A DNA stretch of 32,251 nt, taken from NCBI RefSeq assembly GCF_001194135.2, contig NC_068981.1:9431844-9464094 (forward strand). The letters run 5' to 3'. This DNA is from Octopus bimaculoides (Eukaryota). Made by a program: the position numbers and the translations under genes. Below are positions 1-10,944 of the stretch, piece by piece. Below the pieces are notes generated by a model that was not told the origin of the DNA, did no database searches, and saw only the letters and a program-made list of their open reading frames with translations. Numbering within the stretch: position 1 is the first letter of the stretch; each line of letters opens with the position of its first letter.

Positions 1-1079
1 ATAGAGTTTCTACCTACGCCTTTTCTACAGATCGAGCAGGGCCATCTACCTGAAGGTGTTTGTGATTTTTCTACCTTCCTACTTATTAGGATTTTGGTTT
101 TAGCTAGGTTGATTTTAAGGCCCTTCAATTCTAGTCCTTGCTTCCACACCTGAAACTTCTCTAGTTCTGATTGTGACTCAGCAATTAGTGCAAGGTCATC
201 AGCATAGAGGAGCTCCCAGAGGCATCCTGTCTTGAATTCCTCTGTTATAGCCTGGAGGACTATGATAAATAGGAGGGGGCTGAGGACGGAACCTTGGTGG
301 ATCCCTACCTCTACTCGGAATTCTTCACTGTACTCATTGCCAACCGTCACCTTACTGACAGCATCTCTGTACATGGCTCGCACAGCTCTCACTAACCATT
401 CTTCTATCCCTAGTTTCCTCATTGACCACCAGATAAGGGATCGGGGGACCCTGTTGAAGGCTTTCTTCATGTCAACGAAAGCCAGGTACAGAGGTTTATC
501 CTTGGCTAGGTATTTCTCCTGAAGCTGTCTAACCAGAAACATAGCATCAGTGGTGCTTTTACCTGGCACGAACCCAAACTGCATCTCATTTTAACTGATT
601 CTCTCCTGAATTAGTTGAGCTATGACCCTCTCCTTGACTTTCATTACCTGATCTAACAACTTGATACCTCTGTAATTATTTGTATCTAAAGTGTCACCTT
701 TACCTTTGTAGCAGTTGACTATGGTGCTGCTACACCAGTCATTGGTTATGACTCCTTCATGTATCACCTGGTTAACAATACGGGTGACTAGGCTATAGCC
801 AACACTGCCAGATATTTTGAGCATCTCTGCAGTGATTCCTGATGGGCTGGGGGAGCCTTCCTTGTCTTCATACTCTTAGTTGCTTTATCTACCATGGTAC
901 TGTCAACTCGGATAGCTGGTCCCCCTGTTGGGTCAACATTCGGCAGACTCTCTTTCTCACATCCATTCTCTTTATTGAGCAATCTTTCGTAGTGGCGTCT
1001 CCAAACCTCTTTCTTTGCAGCCTCGTTTAGTGCAAGCATACCATCATCCATGCGAACACATTTCTCTACCACGACATCT
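1..1079 (-). mobile_element. RTE-clade LINE, decayed reverse transcriptase region
   Basis: Minus-strand translation gives YRGIKLLDQV, QFGFVPGKSTTDAMF, GIHQGSVLSPLLFIIV and LYADD (about 195-206), with frameshifts. Runs off the window edge. Confidence 0.9.
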
Positions 1080-1461
1080 TGAAGAAAAACTTCTAAAAAT
1101 ATATATATTTCCCAGATTCGTAATCTCTGTATTTTTCTACATGGATAAAAAAAAAATTTTTTTTAAACTTACAAATTAAGAAATTGCAATGGGGATGGGG
1201 AGAAATTAAAATTTTGAAAACGTGATTTCTGGACAAAATCGTATTAACCCCCTTTTATACAATGAAACACTTGATAGTTTCTGATCCTTCTCAAGAACAG
1301 AAAGCACTTTCATGCAAACCCATGCAAATTGTACTCCCACTCTTCACTTTTAAACAAACACTAACTTCCATTACGCCAGTAATCCAGTTTACTATATACC
1401 AGCTGTGCCAATTCTGCACATAAGAAAGGAATAAATAATACAATGTGGCTGTCAGTCATAA

Positions 1462-1636
1462 CACCCAGGTCAATTACATCGACCCCTGTATTTAACTGGT
1501 ATTTTATCAACACTAAAAAAAATGAAAAACAAAATCAACCTTGGCAAAATTTGAACTCAGAAGAATGTGGAGACGGACGAAATGCTGTTAAGCATTTTGC
1601 CCAGCGTGTCAATGATTCTACCAGCTTGTCACCATC
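1462..1636 (-). mobile_element. tRNA-type SINE (family S1), diverged copy
   Basis: Reverse complement resembles the copy at 32040-32251, including a B-box-like GAGTTCAAATT. Confidence 0.55.
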
Positions 1637-1679
1637 AGGATTAGAAATAATAGAAAAAGGTGTGAATGACTATACATAC

Positions 1680-1834
1680 CCCAAAATTCATCCCCAAATA
1701 TACAAACTGCAGATCTAGTATGGGAGCAGAAACAAAGCAAAATGTAGTGAAAATATATATTTTGCTTTCTTTTAGATGCAAATTGATCAGTAAATGTATT
1801 TTGAATTGAGAAACACTTAAAGTCCATCTCACAT
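1680..1834 (-). CDS. Candidate internal exon of the unidentified minus-strand gene
   Basis: Acceptor ttctttgaccaattctag and donor GGG|gtatgt flank 155 nt open in two frames: CEMDFKCFSIQNTFTDQFASKRKQNIYFHYILLCFCSHTRSAVCIFGDEFW or VRWTLSVSQFK...LGMNFG. No family recognised. Confidence 0.45.
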
Positions 1835-2200
1835 CTAGAATTGGTCAAAGAATTAATAATTGACTATATTTCCAGGAAAAGAAAAGCCCCTATTGATATC
1901 ACTTCTCCTGTAATCAAGGAGCTGACTCAACATCATACGAGATTCTATCTATCAAATTCCCTCACAAAGCTTTGGTTAGCCCAGGGTAAGACACTTGCTG
2001 AAGGTGTCATGCAATGGGACTGAATCTAAAGTCACCTGGTTTTCAATTAAACTTCTTAACCATACAATCAAGATAGTATAATGGTTTATTACAGTGTAGT
2101 AACCTGTACATGCTCAAAATATGACCAGTGACATTGTTGGAGTTTAATTCTAGTTATCATTATGTAATTAATTAACAAACATAGATGCACATTATTTTTA

Positions 2201-2355
2201 GCTCTGTGGGATGGTTGGTGTTAAGAAGGGCGTCGAGTTATAAAAACCATGCCAAAGTAGACACAGAAGCCTGGTGCAGTCTTCTGTTTGGTCAACAAGT
2301 TGTCCGATCCATGCCAGCATGGAAGGTGGATGTTAAAGGATGATGATAATGATGA
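2201..2355 (+). mobile_element. RTE LINE 3' end, diverged
   Basis: Similar to 10000-10148 and ends in a gatgat tail. Confidence 0.6.
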
Positions 2356-2645
2356 AATTACTATTTGCATAAGAATAGAAACAAATTCTTTTCTGAAATA
2401 CAGCTAATTTCCATAGTAACCTGACCACAAAATACTAAAAAGCATTTGAATAAACAAATCCAGTTTTAGCTATTTTCTACTTGTTTCAGGGTTGAGCTTT
2501 TGACTTAAATTTATTCAACAAAATGTTAAAAGTTAAACTAGTGATGTATAGCAAAAAAATTCGAGTAAGAAATGAACCCAGAAGACTTGTAACTCTACAC
2601 TAGATTCTGTATATTATATGTAGAGGTTCAGAAATGCGTACAAAC

Positions 2646-2685
2646 TCTGATAGTCTAGGAACAGGAACGATGCTATATTTATCAA
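2646..2685 (-). CDS. Candidate 40-nt exon of the minus-strand gene
   Basis: Acceptor ttggttttttataag and donor GA|gtttgt. Reads (V)DKYSIVPVPRLS(E), phase-compatible with the candidates at 3767-3808 and 1680-1834. Confidence 0.3.
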
Positions 2686-2776
2686 CTTATAAAAAACCAA
2701 TGAAGGACCCTCAAGGTAGTTTCTCAATCAACTAGAAAAACAGCCAAATGTCTCTTAAAACATGCGTCAACATATT

Positions 2777-2978
2777 GATCTTTTGTTACCATATTTCTAT
2801 TGAGAAACAGTACCATTATTTCAATTAATTTTTCAAATAAAGAAGAATTTAGTAAGATAACTTTGAGCTTAAATTAACAGGAAATTTTAATGGAAGATGT
2901 TAATTCCAATCAGTTTAAAACAGGGAGTTTGCATCACGGAACTAAGAGCAGTCTTAGCATGTCGGTATCAAAAGTATT
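2777..2978. mobile_element. Degenerate TTAA-flanked MITE
   Basis: Ends tcttttgttacc / ggtatcaaaagta-ttaa. Interior resembles the reverse complement of 30197-30417. Confidence 0.45.
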
Positions 2979-3182
2979 AAGAAAAACAAAAAAAAAGGCA
3001 CATTAGATAATGTGCCTAGATGCACCCCAAAGATGGGGTGGTTACAATTTGAATTTCTTTGATCATGGGTCTGCTTGATCAGAATTGATTTGAGGTTAAA
3101 CAGCAATAACAATTAATAAAAGTTAAAATAATAACTCATCCCTAGATAAGGAGAGTAGTCATCACATATCCAATCTCATTTA

Positions 3183-3478
3183 ATCATCATCATTTAACAT
3201 CCGTTGTCCACGCTGGCATGGGCTGGCACACTGTGCTAGGATCCAGTCTGATTTGGCATGGCTTTCTACGGTTGGATGTCCTTCCTAAAGCCAACCACTC
3301 TGAGAGTTTAATGGGTGCTTTTACATGCCACTGGTACGGATGCCATTTGCATGACACTGGTATCTGCCATGATTGTGATTTTGCTTGGCTTGATGGGTCT
3401 TTTTCTCAAGCACAACTTGCCAAAGGTCTCTGTGAGGCCTAACACTCGAAAGGAGCTCAGCCACTTTGCCTCCATGAA
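3183..3478 (-). mobile_element. RTE LINE 3' end
   Basis: (cat)n tail, 3'UTR and the last ORF codons, all in reverse orientation relative to 9400-10148. Confidence 0.75.
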
Positions 3479-3684
3479 AAATTAAAACAGAAATATAATA
3501 ATAGTGCTATGTATTACTGCACAGTCACTATATAAGCTTCAGTTGACCAAAATGTTTTACTAAGCAAATCATCTGTGAATGAAAAATAGTTTGTCATCAA
3601 GGACAGAACTATGCAAATAACTTTAACAAAACCACTATACTATGACGAGTAACATTAAGCCAAGAAGATAACAAGGCCTATCTA

Positions 3685-3718
<34 letters not shown>

Positions 3719-3734
3719 GTGTGTGTGTGTGTGT
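3685..3734. repeat. Compound (TG)n(GA)n(TG)n microsatellite
   Basis: Directly visible. Confidence 0.95.
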
Positions 3735-3766
3735 AGTTAATAATTTTAAGGTTGAGTTGCATGTAC

Positions 3767-3808
3767 CTCCAATTGTGTCAACCCAGTGCAGTGGAGGTGT
3801 CAGTCTGA
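3767..3808 (-). CDS. Candidate 42-nt exon of the minus-strand gene (alternative acceptor would extend it to 3838)
   Basis: Acceptor gtatttcag and donor GAG|gtacat. Reads RLTPPLHWVDTIG, phase 1-1. Confidence 0.3.
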
Positions 3809-5542
3809 CTGAAATACTGACAATACAACTTGTATTGTCTACATAATGTCAAGCTTCTATCTATAACTTTCTTTATAAGCTGAACGTTATTACTTATACT
3901 TGTTACGTATTTTAGACTAATTTTAGCTACCAGCAAGTACTTTAAGTTGTTTCTGCTTTGGCTACAAACTTTTGTAGTTTGCAATGTCAGTGTTAACAAA
4001 AAAGAATAATAATAATAATAATAATAAAACAATATCTTTACTTAAAAACAGACACCCTTTACTTTAGAAAAATGAAGCCTTACTTTTAGAAACTCATTAG
4101 AATAAAAAGTTGTGCAAAACCTTAAATTTTCAGCACTTGCATAGAGTCTTTGTAAATCTTTATGAGTTGATAATTTATGTCATTCTTTTTGCTTTGCACA
4201 AGTAATTCCCTAAAAAGACTAAAGATGGATAGATCTCTGTTGTAAACATAGTAGACACTTATTTTAAATAAGTTACCATTTACCATTGATGTTCAGCCAC
4301 TTCAGTTTTCAATGGTTGGTTTATTTTTGATGTCATTTTCATCAGATAATAATCCCACTTCTGTATTTTTTGAAGGACATTCTTAGTGTCAAATACAGCA
4401 TGGTGCTACCCCTAATTATTTTTTACAGGTTACTTATTATTTCATCAAATATTCCAAGCTTATTATAAATTAAGGCTGTGTCAGACTCAATGCACCCTTA
4501 AGTACTTCCAACATGCTTTGGCATCTGACAGCTCTATTAATTCATTAAATTGTATGGATTTATTATTTTCTGATCTATCCTAATAACTTTGTTCTGTAGA
4601 TTTTTGAGTTTCTTGAGAAATACTCTGCTTTTCCTGCTTCTTTTGAAAGAGTGGGCTTTTAGTCAGGTCAATTTGCAGAGATTTCCTCACATCCATTTTC
4701 CTTAATAGATTCAAAAATACATCACAATAGAATTTTCTTTATGCTCACTCTAATCAATGTTATCTCAACACTGCAGTTTTATTAACCTAAACATATCACA
4801 CTTACCATCACTTATTTCAGTCTATTCCACAACTTTCTTTACTCCACCCATCTTTCATTTTATCGCCTACCTTTTAAAATCATACTCTTTATTCATCCAA
4901 AATTCCATTCTTATACTTGTCAACATTCATTCTTTTCTAGTCTTGTTTACCACAATATTCAGCCCCTAAACTACTAAATATCACCTTTAAGAGCTCATAT
5001 GAAAGTGCAAAATTTTAGTAATTTGCATATAACATGTTAAATCTAATATTTAATTTTATATAATCTCCAGCAGTATAGCCTGGCTTTGCCAGGGATTAAG
5101 TTAGGATTATTAAGGTAATCAAGTTCTTTATTTGAAACCAAACTAAGTAACATCGACGTCAAATTTGGGCCAAATGTGTTGAAATTGGTAAACTTTTGGC
5201 TGAAAATTGCAGACAACTTGATTGAGTTAACCCATAAGGAATTTGTTTATCAATTTTTTCCATTCATTGATTTTTTTTTTTTTTTTTTTCGTTTTTGGAG
5301 AACTTAAAGCATTGAAAGATCCCATGAGTCATAAAGTAATGCTGGCAAAAAGTTTGAACAAAATACATCAAAATTGGTAAAAGTTATGGTTGAAAATGAG
5401 GTGTAGCCAATTTTATTGGGAAATCCTATAAGAAATCGGTTTATCGATTGAAATTTTATCCTGATTAAATGGAAAACTCCATAAGGAATCAGTTTATTGA
5501 TTTTTCACCCCAAATAGGACTTAACCGAACACAATATTGCTG

Positions 5543-6018
5543 ATTCAAAAACATCTATATTTACACTTTAAAGTTTGTTTTCACACTCAACCCTGTTCTG
5601 CAGAATCAGTGTCGCAACGGGAGGTTTGTGCCCATTTCATCCTTTCGGGATCTAAAAAATAAGTACCAGTTGGACATAGGGGTCGATATAATCGACTATT
5701 CTCCACCTGCCCGAAGCCGCCCTTGTGGGAAAAATTTGAAATAATAATAATAGTAATAATAATAATGACCTCTGCCGATCAAACTCCCAAACCATGCGGG
5801 TTGGAAGTTTGATCAGCAGAGGTGGTCAGGTTGCACATGCCAGACCTTTGGAAACACCGACCCCATCATCTATCCCTCTTTGCCCATGGGTCGGGAATCC
5901 TTCCAGCAAGGAAAATAANNNNNNNNNNNNNNNNNNNNNNNNNNNNNNNNNNNNNNNNNNNNNNNNNNNNNNNNNNNNNNNNNNNNNNNNNNNNNNNNNN
6001 NNNNNNNNNNNNNNNNNN

Positions 6019-6049
<31 letters not shown>

Positions 6050-6594
6050 GCAACACACACACTAAATAAAAAGAAATGACAGGTATTTGTATGTGTGTGT
6101 GTATTAATGTGTATTCTCTCTCTCTCTATATATATATGGTAGTAAGTAAATGCGTTTTAAGAAAGATATTCAAAAAAATCAGTTTGTAGGGAATAAATGT
6201 TTGACTGTCGATCGTATTTGGAAGAGAGTGACAGGTATTTGTATGTATGTGTTTATTTGTATGCATGTGTGTATTTGTACGTATGTATGTATGAGTGTGT
6301 ATTCAAAAACATCTATATTTACACTTTAAAGTTGGCTTTCACACTCAACCCTGTTCTGCAGAATCAGTGTCGCAACGGGAGGTTTGTGCCCATCTCTACG
6401 TTCTGAGTTCAAATTCCGCCGAAGTTGACTTTGCCTTTCATCCTTTCGGGGTCTAAAAAATAAGTACCAGTTGAACACATGGGTCGATATAATCGACTAT
6501 TCTCCACCTGCCCCAAGTCACCCTTGTGGGAAAAATTTAAAATAATAATAATGATCTCTGCCGATCAAACTCCTAAACCACAACTAAGTGTTAA

Positions 6595-6632
<38 letters not shown>

Positions 6633-6870
6633 GCAACACACACACTAAATAAAAAAATGTTAAGTAAGTAAATGTGTTTTAAAAAAGATTGGTAAATTTT
6701 CAGATTAACACCTGCACGATTTTCACTACAGTGTTAGGGTTAAGGTTTTAGGGTCTGGGTTAGGGTTAGGTAGGTAATCGTGCGGGTGTTAATCTCAAGA
6801 TTTACGAAAAGATTTTTTAAAAAACTCAGTTTGGAGGGAATAAATGTTTGTCGATCGTATTTGAAAAAGA
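5543..6870. repeat. Local direct duplication spanning a 100-N gap
   Basis: 5543-5794 matches 6301-6580 (first copy lacks about 43 bp). 6019-6225 matches 6600-6870 (second copy carries a MITE). Confidence 0.85.
6691..6806. mobile_element. 116-bp MITE with 8-bp TSD and internal telomere-like repeats
   Basis: About 30-bp TIRs (gtaaattttcagattaacacctgcacgatt vs gtaaatcttgagattaacacccgcacgatt). TSD aaaagatt at 6683-6690 and 6807-6814. Interior contains degenerate TTAGGG. Confidence 0.85.
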
Positions 6871-7901
6871 TGTCTCGCTGTTTTTGTTGTTGTTGTTATC
6901 ATGGTGAAGGACAGAGTTAGAAATGGAAAGTGAACTTACAATTCCCGCCAATTAGAATGAGGTCATTGGTAACCATAGCATGGAAAGCGGACGTTAAACG
7001 AAGATGATGATGACGATGATATGTGTGTATTTACGTATGATTGGTAGTGTGTCTGTTTATATGACTCTCACTCTTTCTCCTTTGTTTCTTTGTCTTTTTC
7101 TTGGATCGTTCGTAAATGTTCATAAGAGAAAGTAGCAATTGAAATGATTTGTAAGAGGAATAGAAATAGTTAAGTAGATTGTTTTAGAGGGGCAAAGTAA
7201 TTTTGTATGTAGTTTTATGGATTTTATTCGTAATTAGGAGTTATTTTGACTGAAAAAATGACGCTGTGACCTAACTTATTGTATTTAGAATATTAACTCC
7301 GATTCTTTCATTCAAGAAATTTGGAATTGTGTAAATGTATGAATTTTAAACACACACACACACACACACACAGAGAAAATCTGCCTTTTATAGATAAGAT
7401 AATAAAACTTCTATAATGTGATTACTACCAAAAGAAGGCTTTTCGTTGAAATTTTTTTTTATACTTAACCCTTTTGTGATCATATTTTAAATAAAATTCA
7501 CTCAAAACATTAAGCACTATAATCTATCATTATAGTGTCTCCGGTTGACAAACACATGACTAAATAAGTTTCATTTGCATACAAGTTGAATTAACATTGT
7601 TTACATGTGATTCAACTGATAGAAGAATGTCCACAAATAAATGACAGTTACATATTGTAAAAGACAAACTTTCCTCTTGTATAATAGCTTATTTTCATTA
7701 ATTGTTGAATATTAGTTACAATATATGCAACAATACTTTTTCACTCTAATAAGTAGAAGAAAAATGTCTAAAAGTCTTTTTTTTTTTACTCTTAGAGTAG
7801 ACACAGCTATGTGGTAAAGAAGTTTGTTTAGCAACCATGTAATTCAAGATTCAACCCCTCCGTAAAGTACCTTGGACAAATATTTTCTACTGTAGACCAA
7901 T

Positions 7902-8136
7902 ATCATCATCATCATCATCGTTTAACGTCCGCTTTCCATGCTAGCATGGGTTGGACGATTTGACTGAGGACTGGTGAAACCGGATGGCAACACCAGGATC
8001 CAATCTAATTTGGCAGAGTTTCTACAGCTGGATGCCCTTCCTAACGCCAACCACTCAGAGAGTGTAGTGGGTGCTTTTACGTGTCACCCGCACGAAAACG
8101 GTCACGCTCGAAATGGTGTCTTTTATGTGCCACCCG
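7902..8136 (-). mobile_element. RTE LINE 3' end running into a gap
   Basis: (atc)n tail plus 3'UTR, near-identical to 13659-13819 and 17256-17348. Confidence 0.85.
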
Positions 8137-8844
8137 NNNNNNNNNNNNNNNNNNNNNNNNNNNNNNNNNNNNNNNNNNNNNNNNNNNNNNNNNNNNNNNN
8201 NNNNNNNNNNNNNNNNNNNNNNNNNNNNNNNNNNNNNNNNNNNNNNNNNNNNNNNNNNNNNNNNNNNNNNNNNNNNNNNNNNNNNNNNNNNNNNNNNNNN
8301 NNNNNNNNNNNNNNNNNNNNNNNNNNNNNNNNNNNNNNNNNNNNNNNNNNNNNNNNNNNNNNNNNNNNNNNNNNNNNNNNNNNNNNNNNNNNNNNNNNNN
8401 NNNNNNNNNNNNNNNNNNNNNNNNNNNNNNNNNNNNNNNNNNNNNNNNNNNNNNNNNNNNNNNNNNNNNNNNNNNNNNNNNNNNNNNNNNNNNNNNNNNN
8501 NNNNNNNNNNNNNNNNNNNNNNNNNNNNNNNNNNNNNNNNNNNNNNNNNNNNNNNNNNNNNNNNNNNNNNNNNNNNNNNNNNNNNNNNNNNNNNNNNNNN
8601 NNNNNNNNNNNNNNNNNNNNNNNNNNNNNNNNNNNNNNNNNNNNNNNNNNNNNNNNNNNNNNNNNNNNNNNNNNNNNNNNNNNNNNNNNNNNNNNNNNNN
8701 NNNNNNNNNNNNNNNNNNNNNNNNNNNNNNNNNNNNNNNNNNNNTCACTGACGTTATTACTGTTATTTCTTTATTTTCTGCAAAATGCACAAAAAAGCTA
8801 CACGTTTGCATTATGTTATATATACAATAATAATAAAGGACAGG

Positions 8845-10148
8845 AAGTTAGTTTTTGTTTGTGGCAGATGTTCAGGTGCAGTAAAGACTGTAAATGTGCA
8901 GAAAACAACTGCAGTCTCATTCCAAGGAGAAAAACTAGACGTAGTTGATAGCTTCCGCTATCTGGGTGACCAAGTTAGTAGTGGGGGTGGGTGCGCTGAA
9001 AGTGTAGCCGCTAGAATAAGAATAGCCTGGGCAAAGTTCAGAGAGCTCTTACCTCTGCTGGCGACAAAGGGCCTCTCACTCAGAGTAAAAAGCAGACTGT
9101 ATGACGCATGTGTACGAACAGCCATGCTACATGGCAGTGAAACATGGGCTGTGACTGCTGAGGACATGCGTAAGCTCGCAAGGAATGAAGCCAGTATGCT
9201 CCGATGGATGAGTAATGTCAGTGTGTATACCTGTCAGAGTGTAAGTATCTTGAGAGAAAAGTTGAGCCTAAGAAGCATCAGTTGTGGTGTGCAAGAGAGA
9301 CAATTGCGCTGGTATGGACATGTGGTGAGAATGGATGAGGATAGCTGTGTGAAAAAGTGCCACACCCTACTGGTTGAGGGAACCCATGGAAGAGGCAGGC
9401 CTAGGAAGACCTGGGATGAGGTGGTGAAGCACGGCCTCCGAACATTAGGCCTCACCGAAGCAATGACTTGTGACCAAGACATTTGGAAATATGCTGTGCA
9501 TGAGAAGACTCGGCAAGCCAAGTGAGACCAAAATCCAAGGCTTCTGCCAGGGATGTAGCCAGCCTACTTACGCGTAACATTCCTTCATTGGACACTAAAC
9601 TCCGCTTGCGAAGACCTGTTGAGGCAAGTGAAATTGAAATTGAATTAAATTTGTAGGAACACTAAACTCGGCTTGCGAAGACCTGTTGGGGCTATCGAAA
9701 TCGTGATGGCACCTGTACCAGTGGAGCACTAAGAGCACCGTCCGAGCGTGATCGTTGCCAGAGCCGCTGCCTGGCTTCCGTGCCAGTGGCACGTAAATAG
9801 CACCAGCGTGATCGTTATCAACGTCGCCTTCCTTGCACGTGAAAAGACATTCGAGCGAGATCATTGCCAGTACCAATGGACTGGCTCCTGTGTAGGTGAC
9901 AACGTAAAATACACCATTTCGAGCGTGGACGTTGCCAGTACCGCCTGACTGGCCTTCATGCCAGTGGCACGTAAAAGCACCCACTACACTCTCGGATTGG
10001 TTGGCGTTAGGAAGGGCATCCAGCTGTAGAAACTCTACCAAATCAGATTGGAGCCTGGTGTAGCCACCTGGTCCACCAGTCCTCAGTCAAATCGTCCAAC
10101 CCATGCTAGCATGGAAAGTGGACGTTAAACGATGATGATGATGATGAT
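8845..10148 (+). mobile_element. RTE LINE, 5'-truncated: open C-terminal ORF, about 620-nt 3'UTR and (GAT)n tail
   Basis: ORF 8785-9525 contains SFRYLGDQV, RIAWAKFRELLPLL, MLHGSETW, RQLRWYGHVVRM and GRGRPRKTW, typical of the RTE post-RT region. The UTR matches the dispersed short copies. Confidence 0.92.
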
Positions 10149-10150
10149 GT

Positions 10151-10318
10151 TACCATATATACGTTTACAAAACAAGGACGTTATATAGATCTCCTTGACT
10201 CAAGTTAGAGAAGGGGTGCGTATTATACACAAGGTTTAGGTTTTTCAGAGGTACAGCCCCCTAAATATCCCCTGCGTATTATACTCAAGGGTGGACTATA
10301 CTCGAGGATTTACAGTAT
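10151..10318. mobile_element. Tc2/pogo-like MITE, degenerate
   Basis: Right end ctatactcgaggatttacagta and left end taccatatatacg resemble TACCGTATATACTCGAG-type termini. Confidence 0.4.
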
Positions 10319-10385
10319 ATATAACCGTTTCTTCTTACTTGTGGGAGTCGCTCAAACTTTCTTAAAAAAGAACGGGGTGCTTACA

Positions 10386-10522
10386 CCAGTGTAAGCACAT
10401 AAATGTCAATCAAAACTGTCTGATGAAAGGGGACCTTTAATAATAAAGCATATTACTCTAATTCCAGTATTCAAGTACTATTCCCCCCCCCACCTTATTT
10501 TACATTTATGTGCTTACTCTGG
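10386..10522. mobile_element. 137-bp MITE (Tc1/mariner-like)
   Basis: TIRs ccagtgtaagcacataaatgt and ccagagtaagcacataaatgt (reverse complement). TA on the right flank. Confidence 0.6.
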
Positions 10523-10572
10523 TATATATATATATATTATAATGGAATAGTTAGTATGAAGCATTGTGTGGA

Positions 10573-10913
10573 ATATATTATATAAAATTCATGAGTAAGG
10601 CTGGAACAATGTGAAATAAATCCAAGGTGAATCACAAGAAAACAGGCATAGGAATTAATGGTGACTTACCCTGCATTCAATATTTCAGGGTTATGACCCC
10701 CTCTTCAGGAATTAGCTAATACTTCCTCAGAATTAGTGAATTCTGAGGAGGGTTACATTTGCAACATTCGCTAATTCCTGAAGAGGGAGTCATAACCCTG
10801 AAATATTGAATGCAGGGTAAGTCACCATTAATTCCTATGCCTGTTTTCTTGTGATTTACTTTGGATTTATTTTGCATTGTTCCGGCTCTACCCATGAATT
10901 TCATATAATATAT
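10573..10913. repeat. Foldback element with 144-bp inverted arms and a nested 11-bp hairpin
   Basis: 10573-10716 is the reverse complement of 10770-10913 with scattered mismatches. The spacer holds tcctcagaatt-agtg-aattctgagga. Confidence 0.9.
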
Positions 10914-10944
10914 ATATGCATATAAACACACACATGGATACACA

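Noticed and set aside
1841-2023. ORF MVKELIIDYISRKRKAP... considered as a GPN1 exon 2 candidate
   Set aside because: No NLDPA motif, it runs into SINE sequence, and it lies beyond the divergent gene.
4080-4970. Purine-rich minus-strand stretch with short open frames (MDVRKSLQIDLTKSPLF..., WKYLRVH)
   Set aside because: Stops in all frames and weak splice sites. Possibly a very old LINE, but not supportable.
5794-5918. Possible HDV-like ribozyme next to the long hairpin
   Set aside because: Some P1-like pairing, but no P1.1 GG, catalytic C segment or P2 partner.
10415-10445. CTGATGA followed by a short stem, considered as a hammerhead ribozyme
   Set aside because: No GAAA core segment and no closing stems.
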